A stretch of DNA of 64,000 bases from Tubulanus polymorphus (taxonomy: Eukaryota; Animalia; Nemertea): positions 248,001 to 312,000 of the forward strand of contig NC_134029.1 of NCBI RefSeq assembly GCF_964204645.1, written 5' to 3'. The translations under genes and the position numbers were made by a program. Under the pieces are notes generated by a model. That model saw only the letters and a list, made by a program, of their open reading frames with translations. It was not told the origin of the DNA and did not search any database. Below, one piece after another: positions 1 through 13,500 of this stretch. The first letter of the stretch is position 1, and each line of letters opens with the position of its first letter.

Positions 1-624
1 GAAAAAGTTTGAATCAAAATGAAGTTTGTTATGAAATTTAGCCACGGGTCCATTCGACGAATTGCAGTTGACCCTATGTACCGGTTATGTGAAACTGATC
101 ACGTGGACCCAGTTTCCTGAACATAGTTTTACTCTAAAATTCATACTTAGTGAAACTGGACTCGAACTAAATTAAATACCATACTCGCTATTTTAGTGTG
201 TGAAACTACAGCTTCTAAACCTGATTGAAACCCTGCATCATAAACCAAATCCTACTAAGGGTACGGTTTCACAGATATGATCATCATGAGATAATGAAGA
301 AATTAATCTACGTAGTCTTTTGTGAGACTTGACCCCCCGCTATCGCTTAAACTAATTTCTTCAAAATTGATCGCGTTTGTGAAATTGCGACCCCTGGTGT
401 TCGGCACATATAGTTCATACCCTGGCATGCGGAGTTATCATTCTTACCTTGGTATGCGAGGGTTTCAATTCGATGCTTTACCACACCGTACTAACATAGT
501 ATTTACGTTTTGAATAGAGATGCCTTCCTGAAATAAATGAGCAATTGTTAACAAATTTGGAAAACAATGAGAAATAAATAGGCAAATGTTGCTGTAAGTT
601 TTGTGTACGTTATTTAAACATTTT

Positions 625-1320
625 TCGAAAACAAACGCACTGTTGGTCTGGTGAATAAACGCAGAAACCCTTGTGTTGGCCTGATAAGTAAACGCAGTAA
701 CCCTAGTGTTGGCCTGCTGAATTAACGCAGATATCCTAGTGTTGGCCTGATAAATAAACCTAGAAAACCCTAGTGTTGGCCTGATGAATAAACGCAGTAA
801 CCCTAGTGTTGGCCTGCTCAAATAAACGCAATTTTCCTAGGTTTGGCCTGTGAATAAACGCAGTAACCCTAGTGTTGGCCTGCTTAAATAAACGTAGTTC
901 CCCTAGTGTTGGCCTTTCAATAAGCGCAGAAACCCGTGTTGACCTGCTTGATAAACGCAGAAACCCTAGTGTTGGCCTGCTTGATAAACGCAGAAACCCT
1001 AGTGTTGGCCTGTCAATAAACATAGTTATCCTAGTATTGGCCTGATTAATAAACTTAGTAACCCTAGCGTTGGCCTAGGAATAAACGTAGTTATCCTGGT
1101 GTTGGCCTGCTCAATAAACGCAGAAACCCTAGTGTTGGCCTGTCAATAAACATAGTTATCCTAGTATTGGCCTGATTAATAAACGTAGTAACCCTAGCGT
1201 TGGCCTAGGAATAAACGTAGTTATCCTGGTGTTGGCCTGCTTAATAAACGCAGAAACCCTAGTGTTGGCCTGTTAATAAACACAATTTCCGTAGTGTTGG
1301 CCTAATTAATAAACGTAGTT
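625..1320. repeat. Minisatellite, ~33-bp unit (aataaacgcagaaaccctagtgttggcctgctt), ~20 degenerate copies
   Basis: Directly visible tandem repeat; it explains the spurious repetitive ORFs at 465-821 and 760-1023. Confidence 0.92.
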
Positions 1321-1321
1321 T

Positions 1322-1417
1322 CCACCAGATGGCGAGTGTGATTTCAGCACATTGAGGAAGAGTCAGTGAGACAAATAAGAGCTATTAGTCGGTTCAGCCA
1401 AATTCCAATAGATGGCG
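1322..1417 (+). promoter_or_regulatory. Two CTCF-like motifs upstream of Fat4 (CCACCAGATGGCG at 1322, CCAATAGATGGCG at 1405)
   Basis: Match by eye to the bilaterian CTCF core CCASYAGRKGGCR; binding not demonstrated. Confidence 0.4.
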
Positions 1418-2317
1418 ATCAAGTTAGAAATCTTGATAATAACTCGCAAAACTCGTAAGACCTTTGAGGAATTCCATTATATTTTGGGAACTTTGTTTTC
1501 TTGTTTACTCTGCTTCATGAAGATTCATGAATGGGACATTTTTTGAATGAAACCGCAGACATTGTGAAAAAACTTCACCTGGAGAAGTGATTATCAAGTG
1601 AAGTTCAGTTTCAATGCCATAAAGTGTATCCCGGGCTCGAAACCCAGTGAATTGACTCGGGCGCCTTAAAACTGTCAATTGACACTTGTTTATGCTGGGT
1701 AAGATTATTTCATTATGATCGAAGCAGGAATTAGAATTAGTAGTTTGGTCAACGTTTGGTGATCAAGAGTGATGACAGTTTTTAGATCGGTCAATTTGCC
1801 ATTCATGATTCGGTTGTAATGTTTTTCACCCAAGTGTCAGCAGATCATGAATAGTTTGGTAATTAACACGAGGATTAATTACTATCCTTAATTGTCATGT
1901 TAATTAACTACCGTTTAATTGTCGTGTTTGTGCAAGTGTTGCCAGTGTGTGAGCATGTTTGATGTTAATTACAGACACGAGGCGGCGCCAGTAGTAGTTA
2001 CTATGTTTTGATGTTTGATGATGGAAGTCGGTGTCGGTTCGGAAGTTTACAAATTGGATTAAAACTTGATTGTCGGCTGCGGATGAACGCGATTTAAACG
2101 TTTCAATTTGAAGATAGTAACATCACGATATATCAGAAGAGGAATAAACGATAAATCTGGATTATTGGCAAGATTAGAGCAGTTTATTGGATGAATATTT
2201 CACTCTATCGGATTAAAGAGAGTAGTCTGTATGGTTTACGTTCAGACTGAAGGTAGTTTATGAAAATGATAATGTCAGTATTAAGATAGCAGCGTTTAAA
2301 CCAGCAGTTGAAGAATC

Positions 2318-5300
2318 ATGGTAAATTCAAATATGATTCTAAAAGGGACGAAAAATTTCATGTTTCTGATAATTCTACAGTTTCTGGTGTCGACATCAGT
2401 TCAGGGTCAAGGCCCAGGCGCCGGGCAGGGGCCCGCGGGCGATGGCGGGCTCATGTCGGCTCGTACAGCGGAGGAGAGGGTAAATTTCACGATATCTGAG
2501 GAATTAAAACCCGGGACTATCGTCGGAACGATTCCCACTAAACCCGGATTTACTTATCGTTTTAATCAACAACCAGATGAATTCCGGATAGATGCGGTTA
2601 CCGGGACGATTACTACAAACATCTCGCTCGATTTAGAATCGTTGCCTAGCGATCAGATCAATTTACTCGTGCTCAGTTCAAACCCGATTTATCCGATAGA
2701 GGTTTATATTAAAGTCACCGATGTCAATGACAACGCCCCGGTTTTCCCCAGATCGGAAATATCGGCGACATTCTCCGAGCAATCGCTGATCGGGACGCGG
2801 GTCATCCTCGATACGGCGTCTGACGCGGACCGCGGCGATAACGGACGAACTACCGGTTACGCTATCACCGCCGGTAACCTCAACAATATGTTTGAAATCG
2901 GTCTGGACGCCACTCTCACCGAGCCTCTGCTCTATTTACAGAACTCTAAAAAACTCGATCGAGAAATAACGGATTCTTATCGGTTAACAGTAACCGTTAG
3001 AGATATGGGGAATCCCCCGAAATACGGCTCATTTCACGTAAATATTACCGTTTTAGATATCAACGATAATCCACCTACGTTCGATCACAGTCAGTATAGT
3101 TCTAAAATCCGTGAACTCGCGCCAGCTGGTACCTCTGTTATTAAAGTACACGCGACCGACCCGGATTCTGGACCCAATCAGGAAATCTGGTATAAAATAG
3201 CGGACGAGTCTGATACGGATCAGTTCAGTATCGATTCAAACACAGGAGTCGTTAAAACACTTCGTAAACTATCGTGTAAAACATGCGTGAATCCTAGAAA
3301 CTGTGACCCGAATACGTGCGTCGTTACGTTAGAGGCTTGGGATCGGGGAAATCCCGCTCAGAAAGGTCGAGCGTACTTACACGTAGAGATAGAGGATGAG
3401 AATGATCACGCTCCGGCGATCGAATTCCGTTACCCTCACAACCTACCGTACGCCAGCGTAGACGAGAACGTAAATATCAGCTACGTCGTCGCGTTCGTTA
3501 CCGTTAACGACCAGGACGAGGGTATCAACGCTAGATCAACGGTGTCCATTATCGGCGGTAACCGCGGTAACGCGTTCCGGTTAGATACGGACGGTTCGAG
3601 ATTCGGACAGATAAAAGTGAACGGTACTCTCGACCGGGAGAGGGTTAATACGTATAACCTGACGGTACAAGCCGTAGATCGGGGAATCCCCGCCCTTAGT
3701 TCGACCTCGTTCCTCATTATCAAGGTCAACGACGTCAACGATCACGTTCCGGTTTTCTTACAGTCTCATTATACAGCGACCCTCGGTGAACTGGTACCGA
3801 TAGGAACGTATGTAGTGAGCGTGACGGCGACCGATGACGATACCGGTATCAACGCTCAACTGTGGTACTCTATTGTATCGGGAAACGAGGCCGGATGGTT
3901 GAATATAGATCACTACACGGGACTAATCACAACCCGTAAACTACTCGATCGTGAAATACTCGCGACGTTAGCATTAAATATCTCGGCTCAAGACAGCGGT
4001 TCGATTCCATCGAGATCTTACACTAAACTCATTGTTACGATCACCGACGACAACGATCAGATACCGATGTTTAAAAATGATTCATTCCACGTGTTGTTGA
4101 CAGAGGGCGCTCCGAGGTCGACGCTCGTAATGAAACTAACGGCTCGCGACGATGACTCGGGTAGTAACGGTACAGTACGATACATCATCGATCCCGATAC
4201 ACTCAGAGATTATCCCGATACATTCACCATCGATACAAATAACGGTGAATTGAGAACTTTAATCGTATTGGATCGAGAGTTAATCCCGTTTTATATAATC
4301 CGGATTAAAGCCGAAGATAGCGGTACTCCTCCTCTATCGTCGTCGGCAACCGTTTATTTAACAGTCACCGATATAAACGATAATCTACCGATATTTTACC
4401 CGGTGAATTATTACGGGAACGCGTTAGAGAGACAGGCTGCGGGAAGTGAGGTCGTACGAGTTGCCGCCACCGATAGAGATAGCGGTAACTACGCACAGGT
4501 TAGTTACGCAATAATCAACGGAGCGGATGGGAAATTCCGGATCGATTCCCGGACTGGACTTGTAACTACTACAACAATACTGATTAAATCTGATAAATCA
4601 GTATTTACTCTAAGAGTAAGAGCTAGCGATAGTACAGGAGTAAGAGTAAATGAGATCGATGCTGTAGTTAATATAAGAGTTTACTCTGTATCCGACTCGA
4701 CGTCTGCTCCGGTATTCTCACAACTCAACGGTTACCGGTTTACTATCGTCGAGGACAGCGATTACGACAACCCAACAATCGGACGTAACGTCGGTACCGT
4801 ACGAGCTACTAGTCCACTAGGAGGCGCTAGTATTCGTTACGTAATATCAGCCGGAGACCCGTACGGAGTGTTTATTATTGACCCGGTTACCGGGGCGATC
4901 ACGACTCGCGATAAAATCGACCGAGAATCGCGAGAGTCGTACCGTCTAACAGTCGTCGCCACGGGAACCGTCAAATTCACGGAAACGGTTGTCGAGGTAA
5001 CGATAACAGATAAGAACGATAACGAACCACGATTCCCGAGTTTAAACGCTGTTGCTAGGGCCGTCGAGAACTGGCCGATCGGACAAGAGATATACGTCGC
5101 CCGGGCAACGGATATAGACGCGGGAACGAACTCTCAGATCACTTACACTCTTAAAAACGATCCCGATAATATCTTCAACATCTCACCTCAAAACGGAGCC
5201 GTTCATTTAGCTAAACCTCTACGAGAAACAGACCGTAAACAGTTCAGGTTGGTTATCACTGCTACGGACTCCGGCACTCCTCAACAATCATCGACGATGC

Positions 5301-7543
5301 ATCTATCGGTAACCGTTGACGACGTGAATGATCATACACCAACGTTTACTCAATCGAGTTATGAATTATCGCTGAGCGAATCTTTACGGGTTAACTCACG
5401 ATTCTTCTCAATTACCGCTACCGATAGAGATACCGGCAACAATGCACGAGTTTTATACTCTATCACTAAGGGCAACGACGACGATAAATTCGGTATATTC
5501 CCCGACGGTGTTCTGTATATCGCTCACGCTTTAGATCGAGAATCTCGTGATAAATACGAGATCGAAGTGAAAGCTCGAGATGAAGGTGAACCGTCTCGTA
5601 GTTCGGACGTCGGCGTTACGATTTATATCATCGATTCTAACGATAATCCACCGCAGTTTACAAATACGACATATACGTTTAAACTATCGGAGAATGCGGC
5701 TATCGGGACCGCGGTCGGGACCGTACACGCTACTGATCGGGACATCGGCAGGAATGCTGAAATCACGTATTCTATTAAAGGTCGCGGTAGTTTATTTACG
5801 GTTGATCAGTTTAACGGAGAGATTCTCAGCGATCACGTGTTCGATCGTGAAGGATTATTCCGAGAGTCCGGACTCGATTACGTGATGATTAAGGTACTGG
5901 CGACGGATAACGGTATTTCACGGTTACGGACTGAGGTTGATGTTCGTGTTTATATCGGTGATATGAATGATAATCGTCCTGTATTCGGTAAGAATCGTTA
6001 CGAGGCATCTTTATACGAGGATTCATCGGTTAACAGTCAGGTCGTCAGGGTAACCGCAACAGACCTCGATGAGGCCGATAATAGTTACGTATATTACACG
6101 ATCGAATCCGGAAACGAGTCCGGCGAGTTTAAAATAGAATCAGGAACCGGACAGATTCGTTTAGCGAAGAAACTGAATCGGGAATCGGTCGATTCGTATA
6201 AACTGGTCGTCATGGCGAGCGACGCGGCGACGACGAACCCGTTAACGACGCTGGTTACCGTGGAGATCACCGTGTTGGATAGCAACGATAACGCTCCTAG
6301 TTTTGTAATGTCTATTCCTCGTACGGCGACGGTATCCGAGATGACTCTAGCCGGAGAATTAATCGGACGAGTTTCAGCGACCGATCGCGACCTCGGTAAC
6401 AACGCTCTTATTACATATCGCATAGCAACCGGTAACCACGGAGATTCGTTTAATATCGATTCGAACACCGGTAGAATATACCTGGCTAAAACCGTCGACT
6501 ACGAGACTATTAATAGATATACTCTAGGAGTAACGGCTACGGATTTCGGTAATCAGAGATTAACGTCGAGCGTTACGTTCACCGTGGAGATCGTAGATTA
6601 TAATGATAATTCACCGGTATTTACACCGGAGTCTAGCGTTAGACAGATTATAGAGGGCGTTAGTATGAATACTCCTGTAGTAAGAGTGTCAGCGACGGAC
6701 GCTGATTCCGGATTAAACGGACAGATCGTATACTCGATCAGTCGTCAGGATCCGAGCGGAACGCAGTTTAAAATCGACCCGATTACAGGTTGGATCAGTA
6801 CGAACGGAAACATCGACCGAGAACTGGTCGATAATTATAGAATAACGGTCGCCGCGACCGATCAGTCGACCGATCTGAGAAAAACTACTGAGAAAATCGT
6901 CAATATTATAATCTTAGATCGTAACGATAATTCACCGCAGTTTGTATCGATGAATTCAGCGATTGTATCGGTAACCGCGGCAGCCGGAGCAACAGTAATG
7001 ACAGTTACAGCGGTGGACGCGGACTCCGGATCAGCCGGGACCGTTTACTACGAGCTCGTACAGGGCACCGGACTAACCGTCGACCAGAATAACGGAAACT
7101 TAATCCTCGCTAATAACTGGAACCCGGCTTTATTAACCTACGATTTAACGGTGAAAGCGTTAGATAAAGGTGGCGCCGATCAACGATCGACTCAATCGTC
7201 TATAACTCTAATCGCTACCGGTCCGACCGAGAACGGACCAACGTTCTCTCGGACCACTTATACCGGTTCAATCACCGAGAATCAACCGGTATCCACGGCG
7301 ATTGTAACAGTAAGCGCTAGTTACCCGGGTAACGCCGCTGCGGGGAATACCCGAGTTGAGTATTACGTAACCGATGTGAAATCTAACGGTATAAATACAG
7401 CCAGATATTTCCAGATAGATTTAAATACAGGAGTCGTCAGTAACTGTGAAATACTCGATAGAGAGAAAGGAATTCAACAGTTCGATGTCACGGTATACGC
7501 CGTGGATAAAACATCAACATCTCCTAAAATCAGTCATACACAG
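2318..7543 (+). CDS. FAT4: Fat4 giant first coding exon (5226 nt; signal peptide plus N-terminal cadherin repeats)
   Basis: ORF 2318-7585; donor CAG|GTGAGT at 7543/7544. Confidence 0.95.
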
Positions 7544-10500
7544 GTGAGTACTACCGGACTACCTCGGACTACCGGACCGGACTAATGTCTGTCTGTTTGT
7601 ATTTATTCATTATTCAGGTCTAGTTTACTACTGAAACTTTCTCTTCTTTGGTTAGAATAAGTTTTATAGAGAAATGATGGGTTTTAGATGATTGTTAAAG
7701 GGTTTTAAAGTAGTCTAGGGTTCTAGGGGTAACTGCATAGATCAGCTAGTTATAGATGATAATAATGTAAAGGAATTTCAGTGTCCCTCTAAACTCTATA
7801 TTCTATTGTTTCTGCGGACAGTTGAAGACACTTGACTGACACTCACTCACTCTAGTCTCAATAACACACTCCTTTTTACTCCTTCACAATTCTATTTTTT
7901 GTTCTCGGAATAAACTTGTTCACACTGATTCAAGTTGGTTAAATATCCTGTCATTGGATTCAGTCTTAGAAACTCTGAATGTTTCTGATATTGATTTTAC
8001 TGACAGGTCAAATAACATTCACAACTCTCTCTCTCTCCCTCGTCAGTCTCTCTGGGGTAGACTGATTATAAATACCGCTGACATTTTTTGTCAAACCACA
8101 AAAGTGCAGGTCATAAAAAGAGAGAATTTTCACTGCGTAGAACCTTGATTTCATAGAAATAGAATCACGATTAGTAAGAGAGTAGCCCCCCCTAACCCCC
8201 GCACTGACCCAGGCATCCAAAACCTGCCCCCCCGCACTGACCCAGGCATCCAAAACCTAACCCCTGCACTGACCCAGGCATCCAAAACCTGCCCCCCCGC
8301 ACTGACCCAGGCATCCAAAACCTGCCCCCCCCCCGCACTGACCCAGGCATCCAAAACCTGCTATAAATTTAAAACATTGGAAATTACATTTGTAAAATCA
8401 ACGATTAACAATAAACATGGTATTTTGGATTTCAGCATTCTTTTTTAAAGAATTACGATTTATTGCTTGTTTTCGATGCAAATTAAAATTCATAATTAAT
8501 TTAGCTGTATGAAACAGGGTTGGTTTAGATTAGGTTAGTGTATTATATACGTGTGTGGTGTACTAGTGTTTCATGTACGTGAAGCGTTGAAAATCAGTCC
8601 TAAACTCTTTCATTATTTATTCTGAATAGAATTCATTCTTCACTGAATATATGAACACTGCTTAAACATAGACAATAAACCTCGCATGCCAGGGTATGTT
8701 ATACGCAGCAGTACTGTTGATCTGGAAATGTAAGCATAGTTCACTGAGTGATCGGCATGACTGAATTCAAACAGTTTATTACTTACAAAATTTGACCACA
8801 CCTTAACGAGTTTTAAACACATAGTATAATTAGTACGCATACTGTCGCGTCAGAGTTTGGTGGTATCCAAGTTAGCTTTGGATTTAACTTTCTAATGGTT
8901 TCGAATATGATTAAATATCTTCTAATGGTTAAATCAGAAATTTCTTGTATCCTGTCGGGATAGTTTAGTTTCAATTTTAAAGCATGACCCTAATAAATCT
9001 AGTGACACTGAGATACTGCCGATAGGAAGCCCTGCCACGCCCCTCACTAATATTATAACTATAGATACGGCTACTATTCTACATGGCTCAATGGCGGGCG
9101 CTAGATTCAAACAAGACTAAATATAACAATTACAATAGTTTAATATTGACACCGATAACAATGAAAAGTGTTATCAAATAAACCGGGGACGGGGCGGTTG
9201 TTAATGGTTTACCACTGTGTACAGAATTCTAGACCCCTTAATAATCACTAACCCTTTATCATAAACCCTTTAAGTTAAAAACATCTGGTGACTTGAAATA
9301 TTCTAATAAAGTCAGAGATTATTATTATTATATACTCTGAATCATACATGAATTCCACGCAGCGTTTCATGTGTGAAAACCACCCCTGGCGAGTCAATGA
9401 ATTTAAGCTTTTAAGTAAAGATTTCTTCGAGTCGGATATTTTTTTTGTCTGAAATGTCACGCAATGTCCAACAATAGAATTCAATTATAGCCTTATATAG
9501 CCACAACCCCCTCCCTCCCCCTGGGGAGTGTGTGAGGGGGAGGCGGCTCATCTAGACTTGTTTCACTCTGTATATGTGATTAATCAATTATTGAGTAATG
9601 ATCGAAGCCTGTAGCAATTAATCCTAGATCATCTGAAATGAAAATATTTTTCTGACTGGTCTATGAATGATTGATGATATGTGATTAACTATGTGAGCTT
9701 GGTGTGATGTGTGATATTATACAGTTCAATGTTGCTATCTGATTCCGATCCAGGAAATTTGATCATTATATGTCTAAAGTCTAAGAATGGTTGGAAAATT
9801 GCTTCAACACTTTTTGTAAAGTTAATCAATTTCATCCCCTAAATAAGAGAGATAGCCTTAAATACTAAACATTGACACAATTTAAAGTCTTTTATCAATG
9901 AAACTTGCTGATCTTTATGTTGATCATGTTGATCAAAATAACAAACTTACACTTTTAGTAAATTGATTTATAAATAGAAAATTGGACTCAAAGATAGAGA
10001 TGTTTAAAGACTCCAGTTTCCAACTGATGATTGAACTGAGTGTAACAGTAAAATGTAACATTAATATGATGTATATTGTAGGTATCTATAACATTATTAG
10101 ATGAGAATGACAGCGTTCCGAGATTCAATCCCGCCACCTATAGTTCACAGATAGCAGAAGATGCACTCGTCGGGCAGACGGTTTCTATAGTTTCAGCTGC
10201 AGACGCCGATCAACTTCAGAAAGTGACTTACTCAATTTTATCCGGAAACGATGGCAGATTTACTATTAATCAATTCAATGGTTAGTATTCCTCGCCCCAC
10301 CATCAGCCCCACAGTTCCGTAATAGCCCCACCATCAGCCCCACAGTTCCATAATAGCCTCACCATCAGCCCCACAGTTCCGTAATAGCCCCACAATCAGC
10401 CCCACAGTTCCGTAATAGCCCCACCATCAGCCCCACAGACCCATATCACTCATATAGCCCCGTAGTTTCAAGCATAACTTGTGTTTATAGCTTACAGTAA

Positions 10501-13500
10501 AACATCATACCAGAACCTCTGAATATCGTTGAATAGATTTGTGACCCAAATACCTGCGGCAATAAAAACTAGACTGATTGATATTGAACTTGTTATTTCA
10601 CAGAAAATTTAAATGATAAAAACGAGTTGTTTTACAAAATAAACCTCACATTTCGTTACAATACAGAAATATGTACAATAAAAACCGGCGACAAAACATC
10701 AGATTCACCGATTAAACGCTTTAACATGATTTACGGAGCATAACAAGTTTTTTTCAAGTCAGAAGTTTTTAAGCGGATTAGAAAATAAAGCGGAATACTT
10801 TACTTCTCCAATCATCATCTAAATCCAGTTGCACAGTTGTCAGTTACAGTTGATATGTTAACTCTTTGTGTAGAACTGGATATAGAGTAACTACCGTTTT
10901 GAGAGTATTAATTCAACGATGTTGTTTATTTATTTCAGGAGTTATAACGACTGCATCAGGTTTAGATCGAGAATCTCAGTCAACGTATAATCTAACGGTC
11001 GAAGCGACAGACGGATCTCATCAATCTACGGCTACCGTTAACGTAGCCATCACAGATATCAACGATAATCCACCCGCGTTCACTAAACATATCTACTCAT
11101 TCGACGTCTCGGAGAATACACCCGTCGGTACAACAATAGCGGCAGTGGTCGCTAACGACGACGACGAAGGTTTAAACGGAGTTGTATCGTACAGCTGGAT
11201 GACGAAGTGGGGCAGTAATATATTCTCTATAGATCGCAATAAAGGAACGATCATTGTCAACGGTGCTTTAGATTTCGAACAGGTAAAAGTAATGTACTCC
11301 CCTCCACTCTCAAGGGTTCTATTTCATGAAAAAAGTTTGAAATATCCTCCTTTAAAACATTTTAAACTGAAAATTGCTGATTGTAATTAAATCAAGAAGA
11401 TGACTTACAACTCCTTGATACACATTTCTGAGCCCTCTCCTCGTCGATGAAAAACTCTTAGATCTTTGGCTCCAAATGAAATCTTAAAGAATGATGTTGT
11501 GTTTTGTAGGTGCAGCATTACGTATTGACAGTGAAGGCAGAAGATAGCGGTAACCCTATAAAGAGTAGCACGGTTACTGTGTATATGAATGTTATAGATG
11601 TGAATGATAATACTCCAGTGTTTGATCCGTTATCCTACAGTAATCAAGTTAAAGAAGATATTCCTATCGGAACCAGTTTACTGACGGTTAAAGCTACCGA
11701 TATCGATTCCGGTACGTACCTATGTGTGTCCGTTAGTTTACACTATTTACAGGCTTAGGACTCCGTAGTTCTCGGTCATCAGATTAAAAATGTACATTTG
11801 TCCAGTTGTGACTTAAGTCTTAAGAAAAGTCTTAATACTGGTCTTAAGTTGTTAGTTAAGCTATAGAATGAAGATGGCCTTAGACTGGTTTCAAATCTAA
11901 GCCATGACTACAACTGGCCTCAGGGTTAACATTAGAAATGAAGTTATATCTAGTCAAATAAGGAATTGGGTCCACGAGCAGCAATCATCTCAATGTAAAC
12001 CTGTTTTGTGTATGTCTGTTGTGAACCGATGTTGAACTCTGGTGCTTATAACAGTTGAAGTGCTCTGGACCCAGTTCCATATTCACTGATGATATGTTAG
12101 GATTTGAGATTTGAGAGAAATATCTGTGTGGAACTCAGTGTTTGACTCAATGTCCAATTATCTAATATTTAGAAAACTCCTGTCAGTTCGATGGGAAAAT
12201 GACTCGCGATAGACTCTTGAGTCATTGACTCCTCCTGAGTGATTAGCTGATCAGACAGTAGACAGTCAATAGACCCCTACCCCATACCGGGTTACCCTAC
12301 CCCATACCGGGATACACTACCATACCGGGTTACCCTACCCCATACCGGGTTACCCTACCCCATACCGGGTTACCCTACCCCATACCGGGATACCCTCCTA
12401 GCATTACCCCATACTGGGATACCTTCTAACTGTGTAAATTACTATTATCATCATAGATTAAGTGTGGGTGTTAAGTATTTATATATAATTACTCCACAGT
12501 TAAACAGGTTATAATTAAGTCAGTTGGTTTTGTAACCGCGGCTACTAAGACTGATCAGAGACCAATTGTTTTTGTAAAACAAAGATAATTCATATATCGA
12601 TAATAGTAAAAATCTACTCATTCCTAATATGGTATTGACAATGATTTTGGCCGAAGGTTTATTTTGAAGTTATTAACTAGAAATGAGTAAAAGGAAATAC
12701 CCGATAAACACATGAAATAGAAATATTCTTGGAACTGTTTAATGTACTGTGTTTTATTGGTGTAATAACACTGTGTGTATGTATGCATTATATAATACTG
12801 TATGTTTCACAGAAGTCAATCCTATTAATTGTAAATCCATTCATTCTACTGTGCAGAATAAATCATATGCAAATGAGTTTGTGTGTTTGTCACCAGCTGA
12901 CCGCTTGACCACTCCGAGAGGTCTTTTACTACTAGTCACTGAGAGGATGTCCATCAGAGCCCTCTACTGACTCGCACATTCACTATAATGGTAGAATAGC
13001 CACGTGTGCAGGACATCGTGATACCCTTCAGAGCCCTCTAGTGTATCATCGCGACACTATAATCACCTATGGACACTGATTCAGAGCCCTCTAGCGGATT
13101 ACGGAGACACTATAGTCACCGGAATACCCGTAATAGCGCCCTTTACTGTGTCGTCATGACACTAGAATACCCAGCGTCAGGACGATACGGAGTAACTAGA
13201 CTGGTCGCCTACCCCTGACAGTCACGACACTAGAATACCCAGCGTCAGGACGTTACGGAGTAACTAGACTGGTCGCCTACCCCTGACAGTCACGACACTA
13301 GAATACCCAGCGTCGGGACGATACGGAGTAACTAGACTGGTCGCCTACCCCTGACACTATACAGCAGAGAGCGACACGTGTTCACTTGACATTGCATACA
13401 CCTCTACAAACAACACTTCATAAATATCTGTGTTGAATTTAAATGAAAGTTGAATAGCATTTTGTCAGCCAGTTGAGCACCATTCCACACTTCATAATTT

